DNA of 9,849 bases from Amoeboradix gromovi X-113. Lineage: Eukaryota; Fungi; Sanchytriomycota. The notes below the pieces were generated by a model that had not been told where the DNA came from, searched no databases, and saw nothing but the letters and a program-made list of their open reading frames with translations. The stretch spans positions 1 to 9,849 of the forward strand of contig JADGIF010000371.1 in NCBI GenBank assembly GCA_018985225.1, in the 5' to 3' direction. Shown piece by piece: positions 7,822 to 9,849 of this stretch. Both the position numbers and the translations under genes were made by a program. The first letter of the stretch is position 1. Each line of letters begins with the position of its first letter.

Positions 7822-9291
7822 TCAAACCTTTAAAACTTGTTTCGCAAGCATAAATATTAATCCAGATATGCAACCGGTAATAGGGACTGTTACTATCCAT
7901 CCTCCAAATATTTTCCCCATCAATTTATAGTTCAATGCTTTTAACGTTCCGTTGCTTAGCGCTATTCCTGCTGTTGCACCACATATGCATTGAGTAGTGC
8001 TAACCGGTATACCACTTGCTGCTGCACTAATTACTGTTAATGACACTCCTAGCTCTGCTGCAAATCCTCTGCTTGGACTCATAAACGTCATTTCTTTGCC
8101 TAAAACAGCCATTAATCTGTATCCCATAGTAAACAGTCCAATGTCCATTGCTATTCCACCAAATATTAGTAACTCTATTGGTACGGGTATGCTTTTTGTC
8201 ACTATTTTAGTGGAATGAATGTTATAAATTGTAGCCAAAGGACCGATTGCATTAGCCACATCATTTGCACCATGAGAGATACTAGCGAATATGGCAGTTA
8301 GCACTTGTACATAACCAAATAGCTCTTCTGTTTTCTTATCAAACTTTTCAGCCATGTCGTGAATATGCTGCATTTCATCATTTTCAACATGCTCAATGTT
8401 TTTGTTGACGTTCTTTAACATAAACGTACTTATTTTACTTTGTATTGATCGCAATACATTGAGTTGACTTTCCAAGTCCTTTTCGCCTTCAAATGTTCGT
8501 TTTGCTTTGTTGCCGACTCCAAAAATATAAAATATGTGGTACCATTTTAAGTCTTCATTACTAGTGATTCTTCTGTCCATCCATGGTACCAAGAGGTACT
8601 GAAAAAATAAAAAGCTAAAGAAGCACGCCACTAATGACGCAATAATTTGATACAACTCGTTCACATTATTAGCCAAAACAGAATGGCTCATGATCAAATA
8701 AACATTTATTAGAATAGTTACTGCAAATATAAGTGGTATAGCCGTCTTACCACGCCTATAACTGTCTTTGTGACGCAGCACCAAGGATCTAGTTAACAGA
8801 TAAATAAAAGACGCCACGATTCCTGCGATTATTGGTGACGTAAACCACGATAAAACTATTCTACTCATTCCTGTATCTAGCCCCCAGTTGACATATTCTG
8901 GTCCGTAGTTAACCAGAACAGCACCAATTACAGCACCGCTTATTGAGTGAGTACTGGAAACTGGCAATCCATATTTCGCAGTAGTTATAGTCCATATGCT
9001 ACTTCCTAATAGTGCACATACCATAACTAAGATTAAACTACCTGGGTCTGACTCAAATTGATCTGATTTCGCTAATCCAGAAATGGTTTTAGCATTGTTA
9101 CTTCCGAGTAACGTGGCTCCAAGGAACTCTGTAAAAACTGCAATTGTACATGCCTGCAGCATAGTTAATGTACCTGATCCAACTGAGGTGCCAAAGCTAT
9201 GACTTACATCATTGGCTCCCATACCAAAAGCATCCATGAAAGACACAGCGAAGCCTAGGACAAGTAGCCAAATTGAATCTTCAAGATGCAT
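7822..9291 (-). CDS. PHO89: PiT/SLC20-family inorganic phosphate symporter, Pho89-like (489 aa)
   Basis: Two PiT signature repeats (AFGMGANDVSHSFGTSVGS and HGANDVANAIGPL), EFLGA, PVSSTHSISGAVIG, SWFTSP, SPSRGFAAELG, PVSTTQCICGA; many transmembrane helices. Confidence 0.95.
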   Translation of the reverse strand: MHLEDSIWLLVLGFAVSFMDAFGMGANDVSHSFGTSVGSGTLTMLQACTIAVFTEFLGATLLGSNNAKTISGLAKSDQFESDPGSLILVMVCALLGSSIWTITTAKYGLPVSSTHSISGAVIGAVLVNYGPEYVNWGLDTGMSRIVLSWFTSPIIAGIVASFIYLLTRSLVLRHKDSYRRGKTAIPLIFAVTILINVYLIMSHSVLANNVNELYQIIASLVACFFSFLFFQYLLVPWMDRRITSNEDLKWYHIFYIFGVGNKAKRTFEGEKDLESQLNVLRSIQSKISTFMLKNVNKNIEHVENDEMQHIHDMAEKFDKKTEELFGYVQVLTAIFASISHGANDVANAIGPLATIYNIHSTKIVTKSIPVPIELLIFGGIAMDIGLFTMGYRLMAVLGKEMTFMSPSRGFAAELGVSLTVISAAASGIPVSTTQCICGATAGIALSNGTLKALNYKLMGKIFGGWIVTVPITGCISGLIFMLAKQVLKV

Positions 9292-9355
9292 ATAGAGACA
9301 ATCTAAAAGCAGCTTAAGTATAATTCTTGCAAATATGGTCCCATTAAGAGCTAAG

Positions 9356-9394
9356 AACGTGTTTGCCGTGTTGGCAAAAATGAGAAACGTGTTT
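9356..9394 (-). promoter_or_regulatory. Two AAACACGTT boxes (Pho4-type CACGTT core) 30 bp apart, flanking a TTTGCC-N5-GGCAAA dyad
   Basis: AACGTGTTT at 9356..9364 and 9386..9394 on the + strand, 65-103 nt upstream of the transporter ATG; dyad at 9362..9378. Confidence 0.5.
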
Positions 9395-9758
9395 TATAGA
9401 ATTTTCTTGCTGCTTTCTTAAGATTCAAATTCATGTGTTGAAAGTATTGTATTTTGCAATAGAATACTTTTTTTAGTCAAATGGCTCTATAGCAGTCCCG
9501 CTACAGTGGGTGTTTACGCGTTAGCTACACTTATGAGGGATTGAACAATTTCACATATTTTGAGTACACTCGCCTAAGATTGCACCACTAAGAGATATTT
9601 AAATGAGCTTACCTCTGTCTCACTTTCACAAGAAATAAGGCTCTATTTGGACTTTCAAACAACAGGTAGAATCAGTGAGTTTCTACTACATTCATCAGAA
9701 TGTGATCTTTTATGAGATACTGCACTGCCCCTACTGTCGTTGTATAGCTGCAGTCTTA

Positions 9759-9789
9759 TGGGACACCAAATATAAAAACTAGACTAACT
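9759..9789 (+). repeat. 31-bp repeat, inverted copy of 128..158
   Basis: 29/31 identity to the reverse complement of 128..158; similarity stops sharply on both sides. Confidence 0.9.
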
Positions 9790-9849
9790 CGTTTTTAAAG
9801 GTGCACCATACAGAGGAAATGCTATCATTAATAAAAGATCTTCTATTAT

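Noticed and set aside
2023-8218. Short antisense or alternative-frame ORFs (2023, 2244, 3273, 3645, 4554, 5203, 5750, 5898, 6243, 7255, 7997)
   Set aside because: Shadows of well-supported genes, many with non-ATG starts and none with protein motifs.
9660-9705. Minus-strand CTGATGA...GAAAC resembling a hammerhead ribozyme core
   Set aside because: Stem II cannot close, and no matching stem III with UH or stem I was found.
128-9789. Polinton/Maverick, based on AG...CT termini
   Set aside because: No 6-bp TSD, TIR too short, and no pPolB, integrase or capsid genes.
1-9849. Prokaryotic operon, CRISPR array, or reassigned TAA/TAG code
   Set aside because: Genes are eukaryote-type with an intron; no repeat-spacer array; TAA, TAG and TGA all end genes at positions supported by homology or adjacent AATAAA signals.

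Overview
AT-rich (roughly one-third GC by eye), gene-dense eukaryotic DNA with fungal-like genes and apparently the standard genetic code; it looks like a highly compacted genome, possibly an early-diverging fungus or relative (inference). Five genes: (1) a DENN + DUF547-like fusion (416..2988 +), which the ORF track splits in two but which is repaired exactly by one 20-nt GT-AG intron (2377..2396); (2) a compact CSB/ERCC6/Rad26 SNF2 ATPase (3002..5458 -), convergent with gene 1 across only 13 bp; (3,4) two diverged tandem paralogues of an unrecognised small secreted/membrane preproprotein with a very short signal peptide, a 4-Cys domain, a conserved C-x3-KR Kex2-type site and a hydrophobic ~85-aa C-terminal chain, both preceded by the same 15-bp CRE-containing element in opposite orientations; (5) a PiT-family Pho89-like phosphate symporter (7822..9291 -) with two CACGTT boxes upstream. 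A 31-bp inverted repeat (29/31 identical) lies near both window ends (128..158 and 9759..9789). No rRNA, tRNA, CRISPR array or transposase was recognised.
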